DNA from: Camelus dromedarius
Lineage: Eukaryota
Length of the DNA: 64,000 bases
Direction of reading: 5' to 3'
Assembly (NCBI RefSeq): GCF_036321535.1
Contig: NC_087472.1
Location: 95,358,001 to 95,422,000, forward strand
Within the stretch, counting starts at the first letter, position 1. Every line of letters starts with the position of its first letter. Below, in pieces: positions 1-13,169 of this stretch. A program made the translations under genes and the position numbers. The notes below the pieces were generated by a model that was given only the letters and a program-made list of their open reading frames with translations, had not been told where the DNA came from and searched no databases.

Positions 1-205
1 AGGTGACTCCCTAGACCCAGAAGAGGCAGAAGCGCAGGTACACACCAGTCTCACTGCCCAGAGAAGCACCCTGGCATTGGGAGTCTTCTAGTATCAAGCA
101 TGGCAGAAAGAGGACCCGAGTATTTAAGGGCAGGGCAGGTTCTAGTAAAATCACAGGTTATTTTTACAGAAAAGTGCTGGGCTCTGAAATTCTGTGCATG
201 CGTGT

Positions 206-236
206 GCACGCACACGCACACGCACACACACACACA
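206..236. repeat. Imperfect (CA)n/(CACACG)n microsatellite
   Basis: gcacgcacacgcacacgcacacacacacaca read directly. Confidence 0.9.
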
Positions 237-2399
237 GCCAGCCTTTTAGTCCTTAGGTTCCTATCACTTATCAAGGTTAAAACAGCTCTGGCTGGTTCTG
301 AAATTTTGCATATAAAATCAATTCCCTGTTGGGGTTATATCTTGTGAGCTACATTTAGAGCAAAGTAAAACTTACACAGACATACACAGAGTCAAAAAAA
401 AAAAAAAAAGACTTCTCTTTATCAGCCTAATTTTGTGCAAATAAATAATGCACACATACAAGAGGAATTCCTGATCCCTGGATTCACTTATGAGTTCAGA
501 GTAACAGTTATAGCTTCTTTTCACCCATTACTGAGTTTAATATACACGGGTTATTTTGTGCTTTGTTGGAACGCTCAGGTCCAGCCCTAGTTATGCTTGC
601 CAATACCTAACCCACCTGATAAAGCAGTGTAAAATACCTGGTGATAGAGTAACACAATGTGTGGCTCTACAGAAATACAACCGATTTTTTAAATAGACAT
701 ATGCTAAAAATCAAAAACTCAAATTTGGAAACAACCTAAGTCTTCAACAGTAACCCCCAAGAATTCATAAAAACAGAACTCTGCTGTCTGATTCTACAGA
801 GCCGTGATGGGAATGTATACCTCTATTCAACTTATACTTCATTTGTGCCCAAAATTTTATAATTGTTTTAATTAATATGACCTTGAATCTGTAATAGATC
901 CTTTGAAAGGTCCTTAAGAGTGCTGAGACTCCTGTGATTACCCTGGGTTCTAGGATGGCATTAAGGAAGGTATATCATTAAAAACTGTTAAGTCTCATGA
1001 GGAAGGATAGTCCATAGACTGTACTGCCACCACTAAGGTGACAGTGGAGGCAGTCATAGGGTGGGGTGAGCCGTCGAACTCCATTTCGTCCCTGGTGGTT
1101 TCTCCCCAACCTGCAACGAGCCTCACATGACCCATACTTGACTTACCACTTTAAGGCCATGCCCCTGGCCAGCCATAGCTCTGTGATTCTCGTGCTTTTC
1201 TGCAGGTGTTACCAGTCCATGACAGTGTGTGCTCACACGTTCCCTGGGTCCCTCACTTCTGCCTGGCCAGTTACTTCTCCAGGTGCCTTTTACTTGCCAC
1301 ATTAAGAACAGTGTCTTGCCAATTATACCCCTACAACAGGATGACGTTTCTTATACATAAATCAAGTTTGTGTTCCCCACTAACTCTTTGAGCACTTCAG
1401 TGTGTTAAGTAAAGTTTGAGAACAATTCCATTGCTTCCTTTAAACAACACACACAGAGCCCTAAAACTAATACACTGTTAAGAGAAAAATCTCATATTTT
1501 ACCCTGAAAAATGCCTTTAATGTACTTTCAGATTTTATAATCTATCCAGTCATCCTTTGTTAATACCTGCATTGTTAATATAGGAATAAATACTTTGTTA
1601 TAGCTCCCCAAAACAATCTTCCACAACCCTAATCACTTAAATATCTATTAAACCTAAATGCATTTCTACTTTTGAAATGTGTTTTTTGACAATGCATCTC
1701 ATAATAATTTTCAGTGCTTAAGTATATACTCATGTAGTTGAACTGGAAGGTTAGATATAATGTTGTAATAGCTAAGCCATGCTTATTCAAGGGAGCTTCA
1801 TAATAGATTTATTTTTGCATATATTCAACAGGGAGCAAATAAGGGTATTTTTCCCTCCCTTTCGACTCCTGTCAAGTGTGTTCATTGGAGAAGAAGAATG
1901 CATTTGAAGAGATTATTTATTCTCCTTTATTAAAATGAATATAAATAAAGACAAAGCCCATTACATTTCACTGGCAGCAAAGTCTTATTCTGAAAGGTTA
2001 CCCAAAGCTCAATGACAATTTCAAGGACATTCTGCCACAGAGGCATGGAAATCTCGAGCTCTGGAATTGTTAAGATTATCCATCGCGTTTCTCTATCCGT
2101 GTGTATGTATCTGCATTATAACCACACTGATCTCCCAGGCCCCTCTCCCTATCCTTCCTGTAGACCCGGCTCGGAGCCCAGCTTGGCCTCCTCCACCTCT
2201 CACTGTGGGCTTCCACTCTCTTTCCCCAGCATCTCCCTAGGTGCTCTCCTCCGAGGACCTGTCTGGGCTCATGGTGCTGGGACCACCTCAAGGCCAATGG
2301 AAGAGGCGTACACAACAAAAAAAGGTTTTCTATGTTCTGCTCCCCCAATGCAAAATGGACGATATTGAAATGCCGATGTCAAACCAACGACTTAACAGG

Positions 2400-2780
2400 A
2401 AAAATTAATAAGTTTGTAGAGCAAAATATATACTTTCTCCTCTGACTCAGGATTACAGAGATAAGTAAGGTGCGGATGAGTAATGAGGGAAGACACAGCT
2501 TCTTCCCTGCCCGCCTAGCATCAGTGAAGTCAGACAGTGAGGGGGTGCGGGCGTGGGAGGAGCTGGGAGTGGACAAGGGATGCTTCCATTTTCTGAGTTA
2601 TTAATGCCTTCAAGGAGGAAATATACATGCCTGTAAGCCTGAAGTGACCCCTGATTTATTTTTTAACCTAGACGTCACAGACAACATGCAGAGAAACTAC
2701 TTTACAAATTGAAATGTTCAGAGTCCACATGGTAAGAATAAAAGGAAAACGTCAGCGTTCTGAAGGTCAGATGCAGTACA
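2400..2780. promoter_or_regulatory. Candidate enhancer/alternative promoter (AP-1, SP/KLF GC box, CRE-like)
   Basis: TGACTCA 2443-2449, GGGCGTGG 2549-2556 and GACGTCA 2671-2677 in non-repeat, locally CpG-richer DNA. Motif-based only. Confidence 0.35.
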
Positions 2781-3463
2781 TTTAAAGAAGTCTTCCTCAG
2801 AACATTCCCTGAGATGTTCTAATCTGCCCACAGGGTTCATGCCAAGCAGAGGCTACTTCTGGGTCCAGCACCTAAAACTGGCAACTGGCTCTGTTCCTCA
2901 CAGGGCAGTACAGGTGAGGAGGTATTTCATTTCATCTCATTCTCTTTCCTACACCTGAATGACTCATTTTTTTTCTAACTAAATTATAATAGTCTCTACA
3001 TGTTTTATCAATATCTGCATTCACTATCTCTGTATTTAGTACTTTGGGTACTCTCTCCTAACTCCCTATAGCATTCAAAATATTTGGTAAGTAACAATTC
3101 CTAAAGTGCTTTTACCACTACATTTCCTGCAAATGAAAAAAAAATTTAAATATCCTTTCCCTCTTTTACCTAGTGAATCACTTACATTGGTTGATTCAGT
3201 TATTGAATAATACTAAACTAGTATCTCATCCAAAACAAGCCTATGTTTTTCACCGACACCTCTGCTAATTCAGCTTAAGTGAAGAAATGTATCTTGACCC
3301 ACACTATGGGCCATGCCACCATGCCTTTGGTGAATAAAGCTATGAAAGATATGCTCTCATCTTGAAGATGACCATGGCCTCTAGCCTTCTTTGATGATTG
3401 GAAAAAGAAAATTAATCACAATAGATGAGTTGGACACAAAGTTCTACAAAATTTTCAACATCA

Positions 3464-3599
3464 GGGGGAGGGTATAGCTCAGTGGTAGAGCGCATGCTTA
3501 GCATGCATGAGGTCCTAGGTTCAATCCCCAGTACCTCCGTTAAATAAGTAAATAAACCTAATTACGTTCCCCCCCCCCAAACAAACAAACAAACAAAAA
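3464..3599 (+). mobile_element. Full-length camelid tRNA-Ala-derived SINE (vic-1 type)
   Basis: GGGGAGGGTATAGCTCAGTGGTAGAGC (A box)...GGTTCAATCC (B box), AGC anticodon loop, AT-rich body, (CAAA)n tail. TSD aaaattttcaacatc / aaaacctttcaatatc. Confidence 0.9.
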
Positions 3600-4796
3600 C
3601 CTTTCAATATCTTTTCAGGCCAGGAAAATTACAAGCCTAAAGGAAATGAATCAATGTATACAATAACATTAACAGATAAAACTTCCCTCTGTTTCACATC
3701 TGGTTAGATTTTAAGCAATCAAGTGTTTTATTATCTTTATATACCCCACAGAATTTGATACAGAGCTGATCATATTCTAAGTACTTGATCAAAAATTCTC
3801 AATTGAGAAGAATGATCAAAGAATTGTAGTTTCAAGCACAGAGAAAGAGGAATATCTGAAGCCTTTTCTTCCAACAAATAACTACACTGTCTAAACCTTA
3901 CAGAAGGAAAATGGTGAGCACAGCAGGCGGGAGGAAAGGATGGCCAAATAGGCAGGCATGTGGCCAGTGGAAAAATTTCAGGATGTTAAAAATGTCTGAG
4001 TAGATAAAACTGGTTGGTTTCCATTTTGCTGGTGGTCTTTTAAGCTTAACATAAAATCTGTTTATATGATTACACGTCTCCTTTACATTACTGGCTTTTC
4101 TACCTTAACTTTGTATTTGCTCCAGAAAAGGGTAAAACTAATATATGGATAAGAGAAAAGCTATTAGAAGTCAACTAGGAAAAATATGATCTATCACCTG
4201 AAGGATATGAGAAATCAAGTAGATCTTCTATCTAGAGAAAAATGTCTCCTCCTCCTTGATTTACACTTGACTAGATTCTTCTTGGGATAAATAGTTCAGA
4301 CCCAAACTCATCATTAGCAAGAGTCGCAGTTTGTAAGAGATGCTGTAAATGAATCATCAAGAGGGTAATAACAACTTATTACACCAGAGACGAAGTTCTA
4401 ATGTATACAACCCGAACACTGGGGCACAACCCTCCTTGACTGTAGTACAAATGGGTACCAGAGTGACAAAAGGCAAAACTACCCATATCCCTCTGGACTG
4501 TTCTCCTCAGACAGACTCAGAAGGCCTACTGGTGATGACACTAATTCTTAGTGCTTCTCAGAAATGTTGCATTTCTAAATATCTACTTTTTAAAGCTACT
4601 CAAGATATATAACGGCCATCCTGAGGATGTCCAGCCCTCTTTTCCTTAGTTCTCACCATTACCAATTCTCATTTGATGAGTAGAGTTGAGTGTACAGCAG
4701 CATTTCCGCTCAAGGCTGTCTTTAACTTCTGAGAAAAGATGTTATAACCAGAGGCATTATTTACCACAAAATGGACTTAGACTATTTCTCTAGATC

Positions 4797-4987
4797 AGCG
4801 TCCAGCCAAATCTAACCCATCACCTATTTTTATGTAAATAAAGTTTTATTGGAACACCAGGGTGTATGGTCTATGGCAGTTTCCAGGCTACAATGGCAGA
4901 GTTGAGTAGTTGCAACAGTCTATAGACCTCAAAGCTGGAAATAGTTACTATCTGGCCCTTTACAGAAAAAAGTTTACTAACCATTCT
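4797..4987 (+). mobile_element. MER58A-like hAT-Charlie DNA transposon fossil
   Basis: ...taaataaagttttattggaacac...ctacaatggcagagttgagtagttgcaacag...ctatctggccctttacagaaaaaagttt; 8-bp TSD-like ctctagat/ctctaaat. Confidence 0.8.
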
Positions 4988-5049
4988 CTAAATAATAATA
5001 GTACCTATCAATGCTATATCTGCTCTGTGCCAACCACCTCAGAAAAGAC

Positions 5050-5775
5050 TGGTCCAACTTCATGAAAGAAGATATATACAAAAGGCCAGTAAGAAAAGAT
5101 GCATGTCATTATTCAGTGGAGAAATGCAAACTAAAGCCACAATAATATACTATTTCACAACCAGTAGAATAGTTGAAAGGAAGAAGACTGACCACACCGA
5201 GTGTTGGCAAGGACACGGGAGACCTGAAACTCTCATACACTACTGCTGGGTATATAAAATGGCACAAGTACTTTGGAAAATACTTTGATGTTTTCTTATA
5301 AAGCTAAACAGGCCTTTCTCTATGACTTAGAAGTTGAACTTCCAGGTATTTATCCAAGAGAAATAAAAATATACATCTACAAGAAGACTTGGACGTGAAT
5401 GTTTATAGCAGCTTTATTCACAAAGCCAAAAACTGTAAACATTGTAAACATAACTGTCCATCAAATGGTGACATTATATAGTTGCAGTATATGCACACAA
5501 TGGAATACTACTCAGCAATAAAAAGGAAGACAACATAGATACACACAGCAATATGTACAAATCTCAAAAACATAATGCTGGCTACAAGAAGCCAGACAGG
5601 GCATAAAGTGGGATTTGAACAGGAAGGAGCACAAAGGAACTTTTGGAGGGCAGGTGTGGAAATCTTGGTGGTGATGGTTACATAAGTGACTAAATCTGTC
5701 AAAACTCATCAAAATGTAAACAAAATTGGACTATTTTATGTAAACTAGATCATAAGAAAATTGATTTTTTAAAAC
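5050..5775 (+). mobile_element. Old L1 (L1MC/L1ME-type) ORF2 C-terminus and 3' UTR fragment
   Basis: ORF 5103..5288 resembles the degenerate ORF2 CCHC region (ECWQGHGRPETLIHYCW); caatggaatactactcagcaataaaaagg motif. Confidence 0.85.
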
Positions 5776-5989
5776 TATTGTTCTATAACCTTTCATGAGA
5801 CAGATCATCAATCTTAAAGTCGCCAAATTACTTGAATTCTTCTCTCCTTTCTAGCAGTCTCATCTAATAGTTCTCCATTATGCTGATATCCCTCATATGT
5901 CAATAACTACACAGTATTATACATCTTCTAAATATATTAGTATTTCTTTTATATTCCTGTTAGACATCAGACTTCTAACAGTGCCATAG

Positions 5990-6365
5990 CTCCTTGAAGG
6001 TCATCAAATCCAACTATTCAATCTTAAATGCGCTCCTAATGAAGAACAGACCATGTTCACCATCTGGTTAACCTAGAATCTGCCTACCACTGGTTTCCAG
6101 CCACTGGTTCCAATTCTCCCTTTTTTTTTTTTTTTTAATGGAGGTACTGGAGATTGAACCCAGGACCTCATGCATGCTAAACACGTGCTCTACCACAGAG
6201 CTATACACCCTACCTCCATTCTGCCTTTTGGAGCCATATTCAGAAAGCTTAATTACTCATCTACCCAATAGCCATTCAGATATGTGACACACATACACCT
6301 GAGACTGATCATGTCTCCCTCAGTCCTTACCATCTTCAAGCTGAACACCCTCGATCATCTCTTCT
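5990..6365 (-). mobile_element. L3/CR1 3' fragment interrupted by a SINE
   Basis: ccactggttccaattctg|ccttttggagcc...ctgatcatgtctccctcagtcctt...aagctgaacaccc resembles the reverse of L3. Recalled consensus. Confidence 0.5.
6121..6214 (-). mobile_element. Short camelid tRNA-Ala-derived SINE (tRNA head plus poly-A)
   Basis: Reverse complement reads gggtgtatagctctgtggtagagcacgtgtttagcatgcatgaggtcctgggttcaatctccagtacctccatt(A)n; TSD-like ccaattctccct/ccattctgcctt. Confidence 0.9.
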
Positions 6366-8864
6366 TAAAAAAGCTCTAACTCTTCAATGCCAAATTTGAG
6401 CTGAGGTCTTAATATGCCCACCGTTAAGGTTTGGGTTCACAGTCCTTAATTATGCAACCAAGTGAGATTATTCTGTAGTGCAGAGGGCAAAACTATAACT
6501 AGTAGGTAAAAATTTACTAGTAAAACTATCTTTAATAGAAGAGAAATTTTTCTAACATTTAAAACTGCCCCCAAATGTCATGTTTGGGCAAAAACTAGAT
6601 CATCAGTCAAATACAGGGGATGGAATTTTGTATTTCCTGCAAGGACTAAGAAACCTTAAAAATATCCTCTCCAGCACTCTGATTCTATACCTGTCAAAGG
6701 CCCTCACACTTATGAGACAAGGAAATGGTTAGTTTGTAAAAAAGACAAAAATTAGAAGAATAAACAATGTGATTGACTGCATCTCTCTTGGGCTTGGTCT
6801 GGGCGCTTGAATAAGATTAAACAGTTATGGAATTGAGTAGGAGGAAGAAGGGAACCACACTAGAGAGAGAAAATAATTTCTCACACGTTTTCCTGAAGGC
6901 CAGAGTCGTATAGTCTCATCAGACACCAGACTACATGCTTTGTTCCACCCTCGTAGGTAAACAATGGCCAAAGTTCCACATGACATAAAGAGAAGAATGA
7001 TGCCCAGGAGTGTCTTGGCTGGAATATCATTCTCAACAAATAGACTCACAATAAATAGTGTGTCCTGGAAAATAAACCAAAGGGCAGCTATTCAAACTAG
7101 CTCTCAGTTCAACACTCAGTCACTCCAACAAAGAACTAAAAGAATGCAATCAGTGCATTTTCAGAGTTTAAGTTGTTACCCAGAGATTAGGGACTCAGAA
7201 TTCCAATCTGCTTTGTGATTCCCTCCCTCGCTCATATAAATGAGCTTACCCTCGGATCTCTCTAGGTTGTGGGCTTTTCGAAAATTGCTTTTGCTTGCAA
7301 TTGATAGGATGTTTCCCTTTTTTCCAAGGGAAAAAAAAATGCATTTTGAAGATTTCATCCTTTATGGTTGCCCAAACAACATGAGCTCAGCAAACAGATT
7401 TAGTTTTAAAAGTAACTTATCAACATTGACAGCGTCCTCTTAAGAACAGCTGTTGCCACTGTAGACTGCAGTGTGAACATACCCCTGAATTTAGAAACAA
7501 TTCTGCTTCAAAGGAATATTGCACATTTAGCACCCGCCCCTTAATTACCAAAGACATTTGCATGAAAGCCTCATATCTGTTTGGCAACTTCACCTTCTTA
7601 TTTTTTCTAGGATTTAAAACCTAAGTCCTGAAAGGTGTCATTCTGTAATGATGGCGTTTCACTTACAAACGGAGAGCCATCTCCTGGTCCCATATGCCTC
7701 AATCTAACGGCCCATTTTTGACTCTTTGAATTGCTCTTCCCTTTCTTTTATGGAGTTGGCTGACTGTCAAAAACTGGTTCTTTTGCAATCCTAATTGTGA
7801 GTTGCAAGGTCATATGAGTCTTGGCTCTGACAGTAGAAAATGAATTTATAAAGAAAGATACTATTCTTCATTCTTTTAATGTTCAAGATGCGAAGGAGAA
7901 TTTGCATAATATGTGTTTTGCAATTTTTGTTAAATGCCATGCCATACTTTTATAACTGACATTAGTCTCAGGGTCCTGGGCGCAGAAGCTGATGTATTGT
8001 AATGTATGTCGAGAAATAGGTTGGTGAGAGCGTTAGAGGAAAGCAAATAAAAGAAAATATTGATGCAATAAACAAGAAAATCTTTTCGCTGTTCTTTCAC
8101 AGTAATCGTTTATAACATAAGATGGTTTCTGTACACTGTCTGCCTCTATATGTCTCAAAAGAAATTCCTACTGATCTTCTAGAATTCACTGTTCAACTGA
8201 GCTAAGTGACTATTCACAAGTGATTGTTTCAAAGCCTCGTAAATTCGATTGTTCCCCCTATTCATATATTGGACATGCACACAAGAAGAGAACCAAATAA
8301 GTATTTTCTTTAACCTGGATTCCATCTTATTATGAAATACTTTAGGTGGTGAACATTATTCCAAGGACAAGAAGAATAATTAAGAACATAATTAAAGACA
8401 GGTCTGAAGGGTTCTTAAGTCAGCAGAGCATTAAATGCACTCATCTCCTGCTAAAGAGGATATGATAGCTTTTTTAGGAATATCTTTAAGTAGGTAGGTA
8501 AAATGGAAGGGAAGGAAGGGCTCAATAAAAGTAACAGAAAAGAGAGGCTCAGGATGCCTTAAACTACTCACTCCTTCATCTGCTTAGGGTCAGTGCTAAG
8601 TAGCAGTGTGCCTGATGATGCAGCAACATCGATAAGGGACTTGGGTGGCAGAACACTAGGAATAGGGCTCTCCACAAGACTCAGTTCTTTTTTATTACCA
8701 CTTATGGAAATTATAATCAGTATTAAAAAAATCAGGAAAATTGGCGTAGCTTATGCAAAAGCCCAACTGCCCAAAAAACGTACTGCATACCTACAGTGTG
8801 GGGTCACAGGCGGTTTTCCTTTCCTCCTTCTTGCTTACTTGTATCTTCTGAAAATTCTAAAAGG

Positions 8865-9665
8865 ATATCAAACCACTCAGTATGGGATAGCTCATGCTGC
8901 AACAACAAATAACTTCCCAAATCCCTGTGGTTTAGCATAACAAAAGGTCACATTTCACTCACTGGTCACTCAGGAACTTGGCAAATGGAGGCATCATTTG
9001 AACGAGTGCTTTTACTATAGCCTTTATTATAAGCAGCAGCTGGGGGAAAACACAAACTTCGCAGTGGCTCATAAAGTACCACTCAGAAATGACACATATT
9101 CCACTCACACTTCACAGGCCAAAGCAAGTCACATGGCCATGCTTATTGTCAAAGGACAATGGAATACTACTCAGTCATTAAAAAAGAATAAAATAATGCC
9201 ATTTGCAGCAACATGGATGGACCTGGAGATTGTCATTCTAAGTGAAGTAAGCCAGAAAGAGAAAGAAAAATACCATCATATATCACTCATATGTGGAATC
9301 TACAAAAAAGAAAAAAAAGACACTAACGAACTCACCTACAAAACAGACTCACAGACCTAGTAATCTTATGGTTACCAGGGGAAAGGAGGTGAGAAGGGAT
9401 AATTTTGGAGTTTGATATTTGCAAATATTAACTACTATATATATAAAAACAGATGAATTTCTTCTGCATAGCACAGGGAACTATACTCAGTATTTTGTAA
9501 TAACCTTTAATGAAAAAGAATATGACTGGGACTTTATGCTATACACTAGAGATCAACACATTGTAACTGACTATACTTCAATTAAAAAATGAAAAAGGAA
9601 ATGGCAAAGTGCAATTCTACCACTACCCAAAGAGCCAGAAATATTTGCTAAAAAACATTAATGTC
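8865..9665 (-). mobile_element. MLT1 (MaLR) LTR split by an L1 insertion
   Basis: tgctgcaacaacaaataacttcccaaatc...ggccaaagcaagtcacatggccat...; resumes after 9600 with gcaaagtgcaattctacc. Confidence 0.7.
9156..9596 (+). mobile_element. 5'-truncated lineage-specific L1 3' end
   Basis: Encodes KKNKIMPFAATWMDLEIVILSEVSQKEKEKYH (L1 ORF2 end), then 3' UTR and A tail; TSD aaaggacaatgg/aaaggaaatgg. Confidence 0.92.
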
Positions 9666-11416
9666 TGCTAAAAACACTTATTACTTGCTAATTATGTTTG
9701 GTAAATATTCTTATGTTTTTATGAAAACACATTATTTGTCATATTTTTATAAAATTGGAGACAATATTGTACACATTTTATCATCTGATTTTTCTCTTAG
9801 CACATCATAAATACTGATTAACTATTCAAATACACATGATTAAATTCAATAAATGCCTCATTTTTTATTCAAAAGGTCCTCTATCTTGGAATTTTAGCTC
9901 TTTCTAATGTGGTTGAAAAAAATACTAGAGGAATAGTGAATTAGAAGACCTAAAAGAAAATATATGTAGGAGAGGAGTAACTTGAACATGGGGCTTAAGT
10001 GTCCAAAAGGTGATCAGGAGGGAGCAAACCAGACCTAAGAAGAGGCATTAATCACATCAATGCTTTTAATGGAGCCGTAGGTGGTAGACTCCACACACAC
10101 ATATTCAAATTAGGAAGTTAACACAGAGGGAACCTGAAAGGACTTCATATAGAGCCCAACAACACTAGCAAAAGGAAGTGTGAGCTGTTATAATTTGAGT
10201 TGATGACGCTCCACGTGGGTAATACATTATATCTAAAATTGAAGGCCAGTTTTGTTTACATGGACTATGGCTAAAAGTCCTAATTTATTATCTACTCAGA
10301 TCTAACCTCCACAACAGATCAACAGCAATAAAACAGCATGAACAACTTATGCAAGCAAATATGATGCTTGATCTTTCCTACACAATGAGTGTCCTCAGTT
10401 GGTAAAGCATCTCCTTTGAGTGATTTTTCCAAGAGCAATGGCATATTTGCCTCAGTACCGTCACATGACACTCCCAACCAAGTGTTTATTAAACTCAGCA
10501 CTTTCCTAAGTGCTGAAGGAGACACAGAGGAAGTAAGAGATATGTTCACAGTATACCTGTGGAGGCAAAACCATCACATGTCCAACATCTAAAGATTAAG
10601 TTGACTGTCCAACCATCTATGAGAACCAGCAAAATTGAGCAAAGGAAGAGTTGATTATCAACTAAAATTTTGGGAAAGACTTAATAGGAGAAGGTAGGAG
10701 TTGCACACAACTTTGAATGGTTAGCAGCGATAGTTTAAAATGGACTTAAGTTGAGGGTGAGGGAATGTTAGCAGTACTCACATCATCACAGAAATTACTG
10801 CAAAACACTAGAAGGGGTAGAAAAGACCTGCTGATCTCAAATTTGAGGGTGCTGGAAAATGCATCTGGAGAGGCTGGGTAGGACCAAAGGATGGAGGCCT
10901 CTGAAAAGCAGGAAGAAGCTTTTGGGAGTCCCTCTAAAAGGAAGTCATTACAAGTTCTCAAGAAAAGAGAATGATGTAATAAGTGTGACATTTCAATTAA
11001 ATTAGTCAGATGGTAATAAGCATTGAATAAGACTGAAATCACATTCCTTCCCCTCAAGCAACTTCCACACATACATATACACATATTAAACATATATAGG
11101 TGAAAATTTACATCCTCCATTCTTCAGACTACCATAGGACTTTAGATATCAAACAATAGGAGACATAAATAATAATAAACACAATATAATGGTAATATTC
11201 ATACAGTCCCTCTGTCTATCTCTATCACTACATATTGCATCTCAAAGACCGGAACCATGTCTTATGCACATGCACACACACACACACACAATCCCTAAAA
11301 CAGTATCCACCACATAGACAGCAAGTTTTAAATGCATGATTAAAGAGACTGGATTACAGAAGATCACATAGTTAGGTCCTCACTTTAAGCGTAACAAGAG
11401 ACTAAAATAGGATCTG

Positions 11417-11945
11417 AATTAGAAAAGGAATAAAAATACTAGTTTCCTCTGTCCCTGTGCCAGGTATCTTCTATTAGGCCCTCAAGAGCCATGTTCATCC
11501 TTCTCCATCCTGCTCTGAGCCTCAAAGAGCTAATCTTTTTGTACCACATCAACGGGATTCCCTTCCAGTTGAGTTCAGCCAATTGGAAACCCTGAGAAGA
11601 TGGGAGGGAAAGGGAATGGTGAGGTCAGAGTATTTATATTCTATACCCCAAGGTCTGAGTGGCCTGGTCATATTCCTTGACTAAAAGTCATTGTATTTCC
11701 CAAGGTTGCCAGGTTCTATAGGGCTGTCTATCCTTGCAGACAGAGCCCAATCCCCGCCCCCCAACCATCCTTCTATACTTAGGATGGTAAAGCTCAGCCA
11801 TTACTAGCTGTAGGTCACTGTTATTTCCCTTGTGGTTCCACTACACCAAGACACACTTTTTAAAATAACTCCTTTCTAAATAAACCCTCAATTCAAATGA
11901 TCTTCTGAGTGTGCCATTTGTTGGCTGTTGGGCCCTTGACTGATT
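11417..11945 (+). mobile_element. LTR33-like (ERVL) solo LTR
   Basis: Starts tgtgccaggtatcttc...ttctccatcctgctctg; AATAAA near 11879; ends ...gtgtgccatttg...gggcccttgactga. Confidence 0.7.
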
Positions 11946-12379
11946 TACTTTCCTTTATTCTTGCTAATTAATACAAGAAAACACGAGGTGAAACCAATCA
12001 ATGAAGAAATATTTTCATGAAGACTCTTTAGAGGTTGGTCAAATTTTACATCTAGAATTGGATGAAACATTATTAAATTAGCTTAGTACTTCCTGTAACA
12101 TTCACCACAGACGGGAAACTTAATTATAGTATGTTGACAAGAGATTCACAAACAGTTTTCTAAGTTTCAGATAAACAGTAGGAAACAGTTCCAAATGTTG
12201 GCGGGAAATGAAATAATTTTTATTCATTATACTTTGTCCTCATTTGGAACACAGAGTCACTGACCTCTCTGCTTTCTCCCAAACATTAGTCTTTCTACTT
12301 TTTTTCATCTTCCTCTTTGGCCACAGGAGAATCCACAATTAGCATTTCAAAAAAAAAATCAGCAAATACTCTAAAGTCA

Positions 12380-12950
12380 ATTAATTACCCATCTGTCTTT
12401 CATCAGACCCATCTAAGTAAACCCCTGATGCGGATGAAACCAAACATTTGCTCTCTGTAAGCCTGCACCAGGGTCAACTGGATGCTCCTGAAGACGGTCA
12501 CACAATGGAGCAAGCAGTACCACAATCAGTTCACAGTGGCAACTTGAATTGCAGCCTCCACAATTACCAGAAACCCTCTCACATTCTTCTGCTCAACTCC
12601 CACTCTCAGCAAAGGGTTTTCAAACCTCTCCATCCTCCGCAAACCTCTGATCGCCATCTCTCTTTCAGTTTTAAAAGATGGCCAAGCCTGATCATTCACA
12701 CAAAATGCTGAGGTTTTCAACCAAACTGAAGGCAGCCATCTACCACAACTGCACGCTGTCTCCTTCCTTCCCTCTTGTTTCAAAAAAAAGGCCAGCCTCG
12801 CCACCAGCATCTGATACATCTCTCCCGCCCTCATTGTCAGGAACCTCATCCCCATAGAATATCCTCCTCTGGATGTGCATCTCTTCCTCTTAACAAGATC
12901 CTTACCATTAGGATTTAAACATGCACACATCTCACCCACCTTTTTCAAAT
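12380..12950 (+). mobile_element. L2 internal (ORF2-derived) fragment
   Basis: C-rich degenerate L2-like stretch (aaacccctgat...cctgcaccagggtcaactg...tttaaacatgc). Accounts for ORFs 12448..12711 and 12526..12948. Confidence 0.55.
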
Positions 12951-13169
12951 AAGGGTTTCACGTGCTTATAACTGTTCATGATAAACCCATCTCTCCAATG
13001 ACACCTCATTTCTTAAGAAGGGTGTACTGTGGAGCTCTAGGATCTTTAATTTGCTAAGAACAAAAGAGACTTCATCCCTAGCATTTCAGCCACCGTCATA
13101 TCTGACAACTGTATTAAAAATGGCTAAAGGTGTGCAAGCTTAGAGATATTAGGTAGAGCTGACCTAAAA

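Noticed and set aside
3468..3539. tRNA-Ala(AGC) gene
   Set aside because: Followed by a SINE body, A-rich tail and TSD, with two related copies in the window. Annotated as a SINE, not a bona fide tRNA gene.
8998..9360. 120-aa ORF
   Set aside because: Chance read-through from an MLT1 LTR into the L1 ORF2 end; non-ATG start.
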